Notes: generated by a model from the letters alone, not told the origin. Positions 38,110 through 48,355 are shown, counted from the stretch's first letter. The stretch: 64,000 nucleotides of DNA from Candidatus Latescibacterota bacterium (GCA_965217585.1 OZ244561.1:1568001-1632000), one strand, 5' to 3'. Made by a program: numbers and translations.

Positions 38110-41100
38110 TTACTCCGCAGACCGCCAAGCCGCAAGCCGCAGCTTCCACTCCTCGACCGCGCAGTAGAGCACCGGCACAATCGGCGCGGTCAGCACCACC
38201 GCCATCATGCCGCCGAAGGTAGGGATGGCCATCGGCAGCATGAGGTCTGCGCCGCGTCCGGTCGCCGTCAGCACGGGGATCAGCGCCAAGATCGTGGTAG
38301 CCGCCGTCATCAGACAGGGGCGAATGCGCCGCACTCCAGCGGCGAGCGCCGCGCGGCGCATCGCCTCGACGGTCGCTGGCTTTTGCTCGCGGAAGAGTTG
38401 GCGCAGATAGGTCGCCACGATCACGCCGTTGTCCGAAGCAATGCCAAACAGCGCGAGAAAACCCACCCACACCGCCACGCTCAAGTTCACAGGACGGATG
38501 TGGAAGAGCGAGCGCATCTCCGTGCCGAAGACGGAAAAGTCCAAAAACCATTCCTGCCCGTAGAGCCAGAGCATGGCAAAACCGCCGGCCCAAGCCACGG
38601 CAACCCCGGAAAAGACCATCAGGGCCGTGGCGGCGTTGCCAAACTGGAAATAGAGGATGAGGAAGATCGTCGCCAGCGCGAGCGGCAGCAGCACGTTGAG
38701 CTTCTTTTGCGCCCGCAGTTGGTTTTCGTAACTACCGGCGAAGGCGTAGCTGACGCCGGTCTCCAATACGAGATCGCCGCTGGCCCTTTTACTGGCCAAA
38801 TAATATCGACACGCTTCCACCACATCGACTTCCGCGTACCCCGGCTTCTTGTCGAAGAGCACGTAGCCTAGCAAAAACGTATCCTCGCTTTTGATGACCT
38901 GGGGGCCGCGCACGTAGCGAATCTCGGCCAGCTCGCCCAAGGGGATCTGCGCCCCGTCCGGTGCTGGCACCAAAATTCGCACCACTTCCTCGATGCTGTC
39001 GCGCAATTCGCGCATGTAGCGCACCCGCACGGGATAGCGCTCGCGGCCTTCCACCGTGGTCGTGACCAGCTTGCCGCCGATGGCGATCTCAATGACGTCC
39101 TGCACCTCTTGCAAGGCGATGCCGTGGCGGGCAATGGCCTCGCGGTCGATGTGGATCTCCAAGTAGGGCTTGCCGACGATGCGGTCGGCGTTGACGGTCG
39201 CCGACTCGACCATGGGCACTTTCTTGAGCAAGCGCTCTAGCTGCAAACCGGCGCGCTCGATGGCCTCCAAGCTCGGGCCTTTGATCTCAATGCCCATGGG
39301 GGCGCGCATCCCACTCTGCAACATGACGAGCCGCGCGGCAATCGGCTGTAACTTCGGTGCCGAAGTAGAGCCGGGGATTTGGCCGGCCTGGGTGATCTCC
39401 GCCCATATATCGTCGGCCCCCTGTATCCCCGGCCAAGCGGCGCGTCCCAGATTAAGCGCGGGATCCAAGGGCGGACGCCACAAGCGGAAAGGCCGCCCAG
39501 CGGCGTCGGGCACGAGGCGGCCGGCTGCGTCGCGGAGATAGCGGCCTGGCACCTTGTAGGGCGCACCATCGGGAGCGGACGCAGGCGTGCCATCGGGAGC
39601 GCGGAACAGGTCCGTGGCGCGCTCGTCAAAAGCGAATAGCAGGCGACGGCCAACCTCGTCGGTGAGGTATTCCGCGCGATAATTAACCACGGTCTCAATC
39701 ATGGAAATCGGCGCGGGGTCCAGCGGGGTCTCCGCCCGTCCCAGCTTCCCCACCACGGACTCCACTTCTGGTATCTGCGCAATGGCCGCGTCTTGCTTCT
39801 GCAGGACGTCGAGTACCTCGCCGATGGAGGCGTGGGGCATGGTCGTCGGCATCCACAGGAAGGAACCTTCGTCGAGGGGCGGCATAAACTCCTTGCCCAA
39901 TCCGGGCAGGGCCTCGTCGAGGGCGGCAAAGGGCGCTGAATTGCGCAGGACAGGCGGCACAAAGCCGAAGACGCGGGCAAAACCTAGCCACGCGGACGCG
40001 CCGGCCAGCAGCAGTAGCACGGGAAACAGCAGCGCCAACCCCTTGTGGTCCAGGCACCACCGGAGTACGCGGGGGAATACATGTTGCAAGACGCGAAAAA
40101 GTGCCAACAGGCCGCCGATCAATCCAGCGACGAAAAGAAAATTGCGCCATCCGCCCTTTTCCGGGCCAAGGGGCAACCAGTGTTCCGCTAGTACAACAAC
40201 GACCCCGATAGCCGCAGCGGCCACCACACCCCGCGCCACCCATAAGCGCACCCACTCCGGCACGCGGGCGGCGAGTAGGTGATACGCCCCAATAGCTATC
40301 AGCAGCAGACCGATCCACCACGACAGCGCGAGGGCCACTCCGAGGCCACAGACCGCCCAAAGGCCAGGTGCCCAACGCCCCGGTCGCGTGCCAAACGCGC
40401 AGTGCGCCAAGGCCGGCAAGGCCGTCAGCGACAGCCACACCGCGGCCAACAGCGCAAAGGTCTTGGTAAAGGCCAGCGGCGTAAAGAGCTTGCCCTCGGC
40501 TCCTTCCATGGCGAAGACGGGCAAAAAGCCCACCACCGTGGTCAGCACGGCGGTCAGCACGGCACTGCCGACCTCGCGCGTGGCGCGGAAGATCACTTCT
40601 AGGCGGTCGTCCTCTGCCTCTGCATCCTCTAGGTGCTTGAGAATGTTCTCGCTGATGACGATGCCCATATCGACCATAGTGCCGATGGCAATGGCAATGC
40701 CGGAGAGGGCGACTATATTGGCGTCAATGCCAAAGGCCTTCATGGCGGCGAAGCAGGCGAGCACGGCCAGCGGCAACAGCCCAGAGACCAACACGGCACC
40801 GCGCAGATTCATCACCAGCGCCAGCACCACGATCACCGTTACCAGCACCTCCTCGCTCAGGGCGCGCTCCAGCGTGCCCAGCGTCTCCTCGATCAATCCG
40901 GAGCGATCGTAAAAAGGGATCACCTGCACTTGGCTGACCCGCCCGTCGGGCAGGGTTTTCTTAGGCAGGCTCGGGGCGATTTCCGCGATCTTGGCCTTGA
41001 CGCTTTCAATGGCGGCTAGGGGATTGGCACCGAAGCGCGCCACAACCACGCCGCCGACCACCTCCGCACCTTCCTTGTCCAACGCGCCGCGCCGCAGCGC

Positions 41101-41976
41101 TGGCCCCAGCGCGACCCGCGCGACGTTTTTGACGTAAATCGGCACGTTGTCCCGCGCCTTAATGACGGCGTTTTCAAGGTCGGCCAATCCTTTGACAAAG
41201 CCGATGCCGCGGATGACGTATTCGGCTCGATTCAGCTCTACAGTGCGCGCACCCACGTCCCGGTTGGACATGCGCACCGCGTGGAACACCTCGTCGAGCC
41301 GCACCCCATAGGCGCGCATCGCGTCCGGGTTGACGTCGATTTGGTATTCCTGCACGAAGCCGCCCACGGAGGCCACCTCGCTGACGCCGTCGGCAGCCAA
41401 CAAGGCATAGCGCACCTGCCAGTCCTGAATGCGGCGCAACTCGTGCAGATCCCAGCCGCCGGTGGGCGCGCCCTGTTCGTCGCGGCCTTCCAACGTGTAC
41501 CAGAATACCTGCCCCAAGGCCGTTGCGTCCGGCCCCAAGGCCGGCTGGACGCCCTCGGGCAGCAGGCCTGCCGGCAGGCTACTGAGCTTCTCGAGGATGC
41601 GGGAGCGCGACCAATAGAAATCGACTTCTTCGGCAAAAATCACATAGATGCTCGAAAAGCCGAACATCGAGAAGCTGCGGATCGTCTCGACGCCCGGCAC
41701 GCCCAAAAGCGCCGTAGTCAGCGGATAGGTCACCTGATCTTCCACGTCTTGCGGCGAGCGACCCGGCCACTCGCTGAAGACGATCTGTTGATTCTCGCCG
41801 AGGTCTGGGATCGCATCTACGGGCACCGGGTCGCGCGGCAGCCACGCTATATCCCAAGCAAAGGGAGCGACCGCAAGGCCCCAACCCACGAGGCCGGCCA
41901 ACATGAGCGCGGCGACCAGCTTGCGCGTGAGAAAGAAGCGCACCAAGCGGGCGAGCAGCGAGTTTTGCCCTTCCAT
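38110..41976 (-). CDS. cusA: CusA/CzcA heavy-metal RND permease (long variant with insertions)
   Basis: DAIPDLGENQ, GRSPQDVEDQVTYP, GPDATALGQ, EFMPPLDEG..MP, PAPISMIET, RIRPCLMT. Confidence 0.92.
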   Translation of the reverse strand: MEGQNSLLARLVRFFLTRKLVAALMLAGLVGWGLAVAPFAWDIAWLPRDPVPVDAIPDLGENQQIVFSEWPGRSPQDVEDQVTYPLTTALLGVPGVETIRSFSMFGFSSIYVIFAEEVDFYWSRSRILEKLSSLPAGLLPEGVQPALGPDATALGQVFWYTLEGRDEQGAPTGGWDLHELRRIQDWQVRYALLAADGVSEVASVGGFVQEYQIDVNPDAMRAYGVRLDEVFHAVRMSNRDVGARTVELNRAEYVIRGIGFVKGLADLENAVIKARDNVPIYVKNVARVALGPALRRGALDKEGAEVVGGVVVARFGANPLAAIESVKAKIAEIAPSLPKKTLPDGRVSQVQVIPFYDRSGLIEETLGTLERALSEEVLVTVIVVLALVMNLRGAVLVSGLLPLAVLACFAAMKAFGIDANIVALSGIAIAIGTMVDMGIVISENILKHLEDAEAEDDRLEVIFRATREVGSAVLTAVLTTVVGFLPVFAMEGAEGKLFTPLAFTKTFALLAAVWLSLTALPALAHCAFGTRPGRWAPGLWAVCGLGVALALSWWIGLLLIAIGAYHLLAARVPEWVRLWVARGVVAAAAIGVVVVLAEHWLPLGPEKGGWRNFLFVAGLIGGLLALFRVLQHVFPRVLRWCLDHKGLALLFPVLLLLAGASAWLGFARVFGFVPPVLRNSAPFAALDEALPGLGKEFMPPLDEGSFLWMPTTMPHASIGEVLDVLQKQDAAIAQIPEVESVVGKLGRAETPLDPAPISMIETVVNYRAEYLTDEVGRRLLFAFDERATDLFRAPDGTPASAPDGAPYKVPGRYLRDAAGRLVPDAAGRPFRLWRPPLDPALNLGRAAWPGIQGADDIWAEITQAGQIPGSTSAPKLQPIAARLVMLQSGMRAPMGIEIKGPSLEAIERAGLQLERLLKKVPMVESATVNADRIVGKPYLEIHIDREAIARHGIALQEVQDVIEIAIGGKLVTTTVEGRERYPVRVRYMRELRDSIEEVVRILVPAPDGAQIPLGELAEIRYVRGPQVIKSEDTFLLGYVLFDKKPGYAEVDVVEACRYYLASKRASGDLVLETGVSYAFAGSYENQLRAQKKLNVLLPLALATIFLILYFQFGNAATALMVFSGVAVAWAGGFAMLWLYGQEWFLDFSVFGTEMRSLFHIRPVNLSVAVWVGFLALFGIASDNGVIVATYLRQLFREQKPATVEAMRRAALAAGVRRIRPCLMTAATTILALIPVLTATGRGADLMLPMAIPTFGGMMAVVLTAPIVPVLYCAVEEWKLRLAAWRSAE

Positions 41977-43496
41977 CAGTGCCCTCCGTGACTGTGCTCA
42001 GGCGCGGATGTGTCGCCGGATGCCGTGGAGGATGCGGACGCGCTACCTCCACCGTGGTCGTGCCCGTGCGCTGGCGCGCCGCCGGCTGGATACATCGCAC
42101 TGGGCTGGGCGCGTATCTGGAGGGCACTGTCGATTTTGAACGCGCCATTGACCACCACTTCCTCTCCCTCGCGCAGCCCCTTGCGGACCAAGTAGTAATC
42201 CCCAGCCCGCGGCCCCAGCACCACCTCGCGGCCCTCGTACAGGCCCTCGCCGAGCGCGACGTACACCACGGCTCGTTTGCCCGTCAGCAGCGGTGCCGAA
42301 GCCGGCACCACTAGCGGCGCGGCACGCCCTGCCTCGTCGCCCGCGCCATAGCCCAGCTCTTCGGCACGCACTAGGGCCATGCCGCAAATGTCGCAGGTGC
42401 CGGGCGCGTCGCGGACGATCTCTGGATGCATCGGGCTGATCCATTTGCCCAGCAGCGCGGGAGACATGGCGCGCCCATTGGCCCCCACTTCGGCCTGGGC
42501 CACGGCCCACACCAGCATCCCCGGTTTCAGCCGACCTTGCTCGTTGGCCACGTTGACCCGCACGCGCACGGTACGCGTGCGCTCGTCCAGCACTGGATCG
42601 ACGAAGGATATTTGGCCGCTGAACACCTCGCCCGGATAGGCCTCGGCCGAAAATTCGACGGTCTGACCGTAGTGGATCCAAGACAAGTCCGACTCGTAGG
42701 CGCGGAGTTCTAACCACAGCCGCGACAAATCCGCGATGGTGTAAATCGGCGTTCCGGTCTGCACGTACGCTCCTTCACTGAGGTGCTTTTTTATCACCAC
42801 GCCGCCTGTTGGCGCGTAGATCGTCAGGTGGTCGAAGGCTTGGCGCTCGCGCTCGACGCGCTCGATTTGTTCCTCTTTCAGCCCGAGCAGGCGCAGCTTT
42901 TCGCGCGCGGCCGCAACCGTTGCCTGCGCCGTCTGCCCGACCGACGTGCCGCTGTCAACCAATCGCTCGTGAGCGCGCAGGGCTTGGATCAGCTCCTCTT
43001 GGGCGGTCAACAGTTCGGGGCTGTAGAGATAGGCTATGTGGTCGCCCTCTTCGACTCGCACGCCTGTGTAGTCCACGTACAGCCGATCAAGCCGGCCCGC
43101 TACCCAAGCGGTAATGGAGCGGACCTGCGTCTCATCTACCGCGATCTTGCCGACCATCCGCGTCTCGACCGGCGCGAAGCGGCGCTTGACTGGCGCGGTC
43201 TGGATGCTGGCGAGCTGCTGCGCGGCGGGCGATAGACGCAACTGGCGTGGCCCCAAGGAGTCGCCGACAGCGGGTGCGGCCACCGGGATTAGGTCCATCG
43301 CGCAGATTGGACACTGACCTGGGCCAGGCTGGCGGATCTGCGGGTGCATTGAGCAGGTCCACGTTTCGCCCTGCTCGGCGACCGCGGCGGGTGCGTGACC
43401 GCTAGGTGTATCCGAGCCGCCCAAACCCCAGCCCACGGCCAAGCCGACGATCCCCGCCACGATGCCGGTAGCTATCACTTGCTTTGTCGCTTTCAT
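41976..43496 (-). CDS. cusB: CusB-type periplasmic adaptor with two heavy-metal-binding domains and a His-rich tail
   Basis: WTCSMHP...CPICAM; WISPMHP...CDICGM; YSPEL; LKPGM; HGHDH...HSHGGH. Confidence 0.92.
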   Translation of the reverse strand: MKATKQVIATGIVAGIVGLAVGWGLGGSDTPSGHAPAAVAEQGETWTCSMHPQIRQPGPGQCPICAMDLIPVAAPAVGDSLGPRQLRLSPAAQQLASIQTAPVKRRFAPVETRMVGKIAVDETQVRSITAWVAGRLDRLYVDYTGVRVEEGDHIAYLYSPELLTAQEELIQALRAHERLVDSGTSVGQTAQATVAAAREKLRLLGLKEEQIERVERERQAFDHLTIYAPTGGVVIKKHLSEGAYVQTGTPIYTIADLSRLWLELRAYESDLSWIHYGQTVEFSAEAYPGEVFSGQISFVDPVLDERTRTVRVRVNVANEQGRLKPGMLVWAVAQAEVGANGRAMSPALLGKWISPMHPEIVRDAPGTCDICGMALVRAEELGYGAGDEAGRAAPLVVPASAPLLTGKRAVVYVALGEGLYEGREVVLGPRAGDYYLVRKGLREGEEVVVNGAFKIDSALQIRAQPSAMYPAGGAPAHGHDHGGGSASASSTASGDTSAPEHSHGGH

Positions 43497-44761
43497 CGTT
43501 GAATTTCCTCTGTGGTTGAGGGTTCGCCGACCAGCTTTTCAATCTCGGCCCCATGCAGAGCTTGGTCGGTGCGCGCTCGTTCGTACGCTAGCTGGAACTC
43601 CAGCAGGGTGCGTTGGGCGTCGATGACCGCGAGAAAATCGCTGCGATCGGCGGCAAAGGAGCGTTGGGTTACGTTGAGCGCCTGTTCGGCCTTGGGCAGC
43701 AGGCTGTCTCGGTAGAGGGTGCTGCGACCTTGGGCGTCGCGCCGTTTGTACAAGGCCAACTCCAGCTCGGCTACGAGCCTATTTTTTTCGTCCGCAACGC
43801 CCTGCAAGGCGGCCTGATAGCTCAGCTTGGCCGCGCGTTCTCCGGCCTCATAAGACGAACGCCACAAGGGCAAGTTGAGCGTAGCCATCGCCATCAGCGG
43901 ATTCTCCCCGCGGTCCCCACCGATGTGGATGTAATCGAGGCTCACGGTCAGGTCCGGGTAGAACTGTTTGCCGGCCAACTCGACGCCTAGGGACTGCGCC
44001 CGCGCCTGCACTTGTCGCATTTGCAGCGTTGGGTTCGCGGCCTGCAAGCGCGCTTTTAGCACCTCCTCGTCGAGATCCGACGCGGGCATGGGCAACGAGT
44101 CGGGCACGGCTACCGGCGCAGTCGCCGAGCGGCCAAGTGCGGCATTCAACCGGGCCGTGGCCGGCCGCCGCTGCTGACGCAGACTGCGTAGCTGGTCCTC
44201 TAGGCGGCCCAATTCCACCTGCGCCTTGAGCACGGGAGCGTGCTCTCCAGTGCCGCTGCGATAGCGGGCGCGGCCTACTTCTTCCAGGTGAGCCAACAGC
44301 CGCAAGTTTTCCTCGGTGACGGCGATGGCCCGCTGCAAAAAGTAGTAGTCGTAGTACGCGGCCTTGACCTCGAAAATAAGCGACCGCCGCACGGTCTCAT
44401 AGCGCTGGCCTTCGACTGCGGCCTCTTGCTGAGCGATCCTCCCCTTGAGATCCAATTTGCCCTTCCAAGGGAAGGTTTGCGCCGCACTAAAGCGCATTTC
44501 CTGCGGACCGGTGCGCGTCTCCACCGGACGCGCGAAATAGCCGTAGGTCAGGCGGGGATCGACCCAAGCGCACGCCGGGTCCACCTTTGCTAGGGCGGCT
44601 TTATAGCGCGACAAAGCCTGCTTGAGCTTGGGGCTGTGCGATTCGGCGTAGCGCGCGTACTCCGCGAGCTCGGCGCGGGGATCGAGCGCGACTTCTTCCT
44701 GCGACCAGACCGGGCCTGCGACCAGACCGGCCAATAGCAGGGCCGTTCTATTTTTGTACAT
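43493..44761 (-). CDS. cusC: TolC/CusC outer-membrane efflux factor
   Basis: QTFPWKGK, FYPD, LNLPLW, FLAVIDAQR; ATGA overlap with cusB. Confidence 0.88.
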   Translation of the reverse strand: MYKNRTALLLAGLVAGPVWSQEEVALDPRAELAEYARYAESHSPKLKQALSRYKAALAKVDPACAWVDPRLTYGYFARPVETRTGPQEMRFSAAQTFPWKGKLDLKGRIAQQEAAVEGQRYETVRRSLIFEVKAAYYDYYFLQRAIAVTEENLRLLAHLEEVGRARYRSGTGEHAPVLKAQVELGRLEDQLRSLRQQRRPATARLNAALGRSATAPVAVPDSLPMPASDLDEEVLKARLQAANPTLQMRQVQARAQSLGVELAGKQFYPDLTVSLDYIHIGGDRGENPLMAMATLNLPLWRSSYEAGERAAKLSYQAALQGVADEKNRLVAELELALYKRRDAQGRSTLYRDSLLPKAEQALNVTQRSFAADRSDFLAVIDAQRTLLEFQLAYERARTDQALHGAEIEKLVGEPSTTEEIQR

Positions 44762-44833
44762 GCAAATACTCCTCGCCGCGACGGCCTAGGATTCGCGCAC
44801 AGGCCCCCGCAAATTGAGTGGAGTGTGAGACTT

Positions 44834-44897
44834 ATAAGCCGTCTGGAAATTCCGGGTGTCCCCTAAGCGCAACTGCTAGGGGTTTCGGACAGCTTAT
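44834..44897. repeat. Short element with imperfect terminal inverted repeats, same family as 2415-2542 and 52595-52620
   Basis: ATAAGCCGTCTGGAAA...TTTCGGACAGCTTAT; internal CCCCTA/TAGGGG stem; TCTGGAAATTCCGGGT is identical to the 52604 copy. Confidence 0.6.
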
Positions 44898-44922
44898 TAG
44901 AACGAACTCAGTGCGGCGAGGA

Positions 44923-45279
44923 TTAGATCAGGAAGGAACAGTAGAGCTGGAAGAGCGGGGGGTGCGATTGGGGGATGCGGTTGGGCCGCGACGGCAGCGC
45001 AGACGAGCGAGGCGGCGGAGAGGCGGCCGCCGCCATTCCGACCACGGGCGTTGAGACGGACGGCTGCTCGGCTGGGGGGACGAACTGGGGGGATGCGCTG
45101 TTTGCTGCGCGCAGACAGCAACAACCCGCTTGCAGGCCCTCGTCGCCGCAGGCATTGGCGACGTGGCAGGGCATGGGGGCAGGCTCTGCGGCACATGGGG
45201 CGCAGAGAACCTGCAAGCCGCTACAAGCGAGGGCCAGCAGCAGGGTTAGAGACGTGGTTAAAGGGCGCAGGTTTTTCAT
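44923..45279 (-). CDS. Small Cys-rich exported protein heading the cus operon (DUF2946-like)
   Basis: Hydrophobic N-terminus; CAPC, PCH, GCCC; C-terminal PPLFQLYCSFLI; upstream of cusC. Confidence 0.65.
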   Translation of the reverse strand: MKNLRPLTTSLTLLLALACSGLQVLCAPCAAEPAPMPCHVANACGDEGLQAGCCCLRAANSASPQFVPPAEQPSVSTPVVGMAAAASPPPRSSALPSRPNRIPQSHPPLFQLYCSFLI

Positions 45280-45354
45280 TGTTAATGAGTCGCTCGGCTA
45301 CGGGCCATACGTAGATTGACGACCGACAACACAAAAAAGTTCCAACGGAGTCCG

Positions 45355-46071
45355 CTACTTGGGCACCATCTTGCGCACGCCGCGCTCGTACACCACTTCG
45401 TATTCGCCCTCCGGCACCTCCATGGCTCGCACCGCCAACTCGCCCATCGTCACCATCGGCTCAGACTTCAAGAGCAGCTCGTCGAACGACTCCTCGGGCG
45501 TCTTGCCGGTAGTGTCTAAGACGATTGTGCGGTTTTGGTGGGTAAACAGCGACGCGGCGATCTCTTCCTCAAAGCGCGCTTTGACCTCGGCAATATGTTC
45601 TTGGCGCACGACCGGATATTCGTGCGGGCTGTCCTGCATCCGCCGCGCGATCTCCTCGTCGGAGGCCGTTACGTGGAATAGCACCACGTCGGGCAGATGG
45701 GCCTCGAGCACCAACGATTCGTAGAGCCGCTGGAAGCCGTAGTGGAAGTTCGGGTAATAAAAACTGTTCGGATCGTCGCCGTAAAAGCGAGTGTACACGG
45801 CCTCCTCTAGGTGCCAGCCGACGATCAGCGGACAGGCGTACTTTTTGATGATGTCCACGTGGTAGTGGATCTGCATCCGCTGCCCGCGCTCCTTTATGTC
45901 GTTGGGCAGGCCGACCAAGATCTTGCGCGACTCCGGGCTGAGCGAAGCGTCGGGGAGAGTGAAGTGATCGTCGCCGTGGATGGGAACCCGGCGGTGCCGA
46001 TAGTACTCCCCGAGCATGGTGGCCAACGTGCTTTTCCCCGCGTATTCAATACCTGCGAAAATGCTGCGCAT
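45355..46071 (-). CDS. Hypothetical P-loop nucleotide-kinase-like protein
   Basis: N-terminal GIEYAGKST Walker A; ASDEEIARR lid-like segment; LDTT..TPEE; AGGAG RBS. Confidence 0.7.
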   Translation of the reverse strand: MRSIFAGIEYAGKSTLATMLGEYYRHRRVPIHGDDHFTLPDASLSPESRKILVGLPNDIKERGQRMQIHYHVDIIKKYACPLIVGWHLEEAVYTRFYGDDPNSFYYPNFHYGFQRLYESLVLEAHLPDVVLFHVTASDEEIARRMQDSPHEYPVVRQEHIAEVKARFEEEIAASLFTHQNRTIVLDTTGKTPEESFDELLLKSEPMVTMGELAVRAMEVPEGEYEVVYERGVRKMVPK

Positions 46072-46160
46072 ATCTACTCTCCTTTGGGCTTTTCAAGACG
46101 GCGTTCTCGGATATATTGTCAAAAGTAAGTCGCCTCACACCCTTCAGCAAACGACCGCTT

Positions 46161-47177
46161 ATGCCTGCTAGCTCATCCAGAATTGGCGTCCTCGTCGCCC
46201 AGCTCGGTACACCCCAAGCACCCACCGCCCGCGCGTTGCGTCCCTATCTGCGCCAATTTCTCTCCGATCCGCGCGTCATCGACCTCCATCCGCTCAGGTG
46301 GTATCCCATTCTCTATCTGTTTGTCCTCACCCGCCGACCCGCGCGCTCAGCCGCCCTGTATGCCAATATCTGGACCGACGAAGGCTCGCCTCTCATGGTC
46401 CATTCCCAAGCGCAAACCCGCGGCTTACAAGAGCGGTTGGGCGCGGCGTATCGGGTCGTGCTCGGCATGCGCTACGGCGAGCCGAGCATCGCGCGCGCCG
46501 TCCAGTCCCTAGAGCAGGAAGGCGTCGAGCGCATCCTCGTCTTTCCCATGTACCCGCAGTTTTCTTGCGCCACTACCGGCTCGATCTACGACGCGGTCAA
46601 CCGCGCTGCCTTGGGCCGGCGCTGCCCTTGGTTTTTCGACCGCAAACGCCAGATGCCGGCGCTGCGCTTCGTCCCGCCCTATGCCGACCATCCCGCGTAC
46701 ATCAACGCGCTCAAACAGTCGGTCGCCGCAGCAGTCGCCCGCCTCAGTTGGACCCCCGACCGCTACCTAATCACCTTCCACGGCATTCCCCGACGCTACG
46801 TCGATGAAGGCGACCCCTACCGCCGCCACTGCGAGGAAACCGCGCGTCAACTAGCCGCGGCGCTGGGCCTCGCAGACGACGAGTGGGTCAGCGGCTTCCA
46901 ATCGCGCTTCGGCAAAGAGCCTTGGCTAGAGCCTTATACCGAGGAGGTGCTGGCGTGCCTCGGGGGACTGGGCGTGCGCCGCTTAGTGGCCATCTGCCCC
47001 GGCTTCACCGCCGACTGCCTTGAGACACTCGACGAAATTGGCCGCGAAGGGGCCGAGCAGTTTTCCCACGGGGGCGGCCAACAGTTTCACTTAGTGCCCT
47101 GCCTCAACGACCACCCGACCTGGCTCGACGCCATGGCAGCCATTGCCCGCCAAGAACTGGCCGGCTGGAACGCCTGA
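46161..47177 (+). CDS. hemH: Ferrochelatase
   Basis: QLGTP, FLSDPRV, GSPL, MRYG.P, PMYPQFS, FHGIP, FQSRFG..PWLEP, DCLETLDE. Confidence 0.96.
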   Translation: MPASSSRIGVLVAQLGTPQAPTARALRPYLRQFLSDPRVIDLHPLRWYPILYLFVLTRRPARSAALYANIWTDEGSPLMVHSQAQTRGLQERLGAAYRVVLGMRYGEPSIARAVQSLEQEGVERILVFPMYPQFSCATTGSIYDAVNRAALGRRCPWFFDRKRQMPALRFVPPYADHPAYINALKQSVAAAVARLSWTPDRYLITFHGIPRRYVDEGDPYRRHCEETARQLAAALGLADDEWVSGFQSRFGKEPWLEPYTEEVLACLGGLGVRRLVAICPGFTADCLETLDEIGREGAEQFSHGGGQQFHLVPCLNDHPTWLDAMAAIARQELAGWNA

Positions 47178-47195
47178 CGGCAGCGTGTCATTTGC

Positions 47196-47225
47196 TTGAC
47201 AATTCTGTGTCTTTTTTGCCATACT
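47196..47225 (+). promoter_or_regulatory. Sigma70-type promoter with extended -10
   Basis: TTGACA (47196-47201), 18-bp spacer ending TGc, then CATACT (47220-47225); only 13 nt before ATG 47239. Confidence 0.55.
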
Positions 47226-47238
47226 TAGCGCGACTGCT

Positions 47239-48348
47239 ATGGACAAACTACCCCTCGCGCTCGAACGCAAACTCATCCGGCTCGGCACTCGTCTCATCGA
47301 CCAAAAGCGCGGCCGACGCCTCGTCGAGCCAACCAAGGACCGCGACGGCTTCTGGTTTGGCGGCGGCAACTCGGTCCGCGATCCCAGCGATGGCAGCCTC
47401 TGGCTCATCGGCCGCTACCGCGACGCTGGCGACAGCCGCACGGGGCTAACCGCCGGCCCCCGAGGCCGCGCCCTAGCCATCTTTCGCTCGACCGACAATG
47501 GACGGAGCTTTGCCGAGGTTCGCACTTGGGATAAATCCGACCTCTACTGCGGCTCGGCCGTGCTCAGCATCGAAGGCAGCGCTCTGCGCCTCAACAAGCG
47601 CCGCGTTCAAGTGCTGGTCTCCACCGAAAAAGTTCGCTTCTACCCACGGCCCGTCGCCGCGTTTCAGAAGCCGGGCACTGGCGTCTGGAGCATCGACGCC
47701 TTCGCCGCCACCTCCATCAACCGGCTCGACCCACAGGAGTCGATTGCCCCGCTGCTGACCAGCGACGATCCGGCCTATCTGCACCTCAAAGACCCCAACC
47801 TCTCGGCCGGAATGGGCCGGCAGCCCCTGCTGCTTTACTGCACCCATCCGTACACTTGGTCTGCAAGCACTTCGGGTCGCGCCGTGCTCGCGGCTCATTC
47901 GTGCGAGAGCCACGGCCACGACTTCTTTTCCCGCGGCCCGACCTGGGATGTGGCTGCCTTGCGCATCACCTGCCGCTTGCCTGTGCCCAAGGTGGGCGCG
48001 TTCGCTTATTTGCCCTCGCTCTCGCTCTATTTCTACGATGGGGCCGAGTCCATGCACCCGCTCAAAGCGCACGCAAAGGGGGTCGTCCGGCCGCGCGGCT
48101 ACTCCTGCGAGGAATTGGGCGGCTTGGCGTACGGCTTCGATCGCCAATTCCCGCGCCTCCACCGCCTCAGCTACCTCCAGCCGCTCTTCGTCTCGCCGGA
48201 AGGCACGGGCTGCTCGCGCTACGCGTCCGTGCTGACAGAAGCAGACGGGGGGGTTTTCGCCACTTGGCAGCGCTCGACCCAAACCCGCTCGCAGCCGCTT
48301 TTCGGCCACCGGCTCACGCCAGCGCGAGTCAAGTCCCTGCTCTCCTGA
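47239..48348 (+). CDS. Sialidase/BNR-like beta-propeller hypothetical protein
   Basis: Asp-box FRSTDNGRSF; GRYRDAGDSRTG; HLKDP; SRY; no signal peptide. Confidence 0.6.
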   Translation: MDKLPLALERKLIRLGTRLIDQKRGRRLVEPTKDRDGFWFGGGNSVRDPSDGSLWLIGRYRDAGDSRTGLTAGPRGRALAIFRSTDNGRSFAEVRTWDKSDLYCGSAVLSIEGSALRLNKRRVQVLVSTEKVRFYPRPVAAFQKPGTGVWSIDAFAATSINRLDPQESIAPLLTSDDPAYLHLKDPNLSAGMGRQPLLLYCTHPYTWSASTSGRAVLAAHSCESHGHDFFSRGPTWDVAALRITCRLPVPKVGAFAYLPSLSLYFYDGAESMHPLKAHAKGVVRPRGYSCEELGGLAYGFDRQFPRLHRLSYLQPLFVSPEGTGCSRYASVLTEADGGVFATWQRSTQTRSQPLFGHRLTPARVKSLLS

Positions 48349-48355
48349 AATTTCT

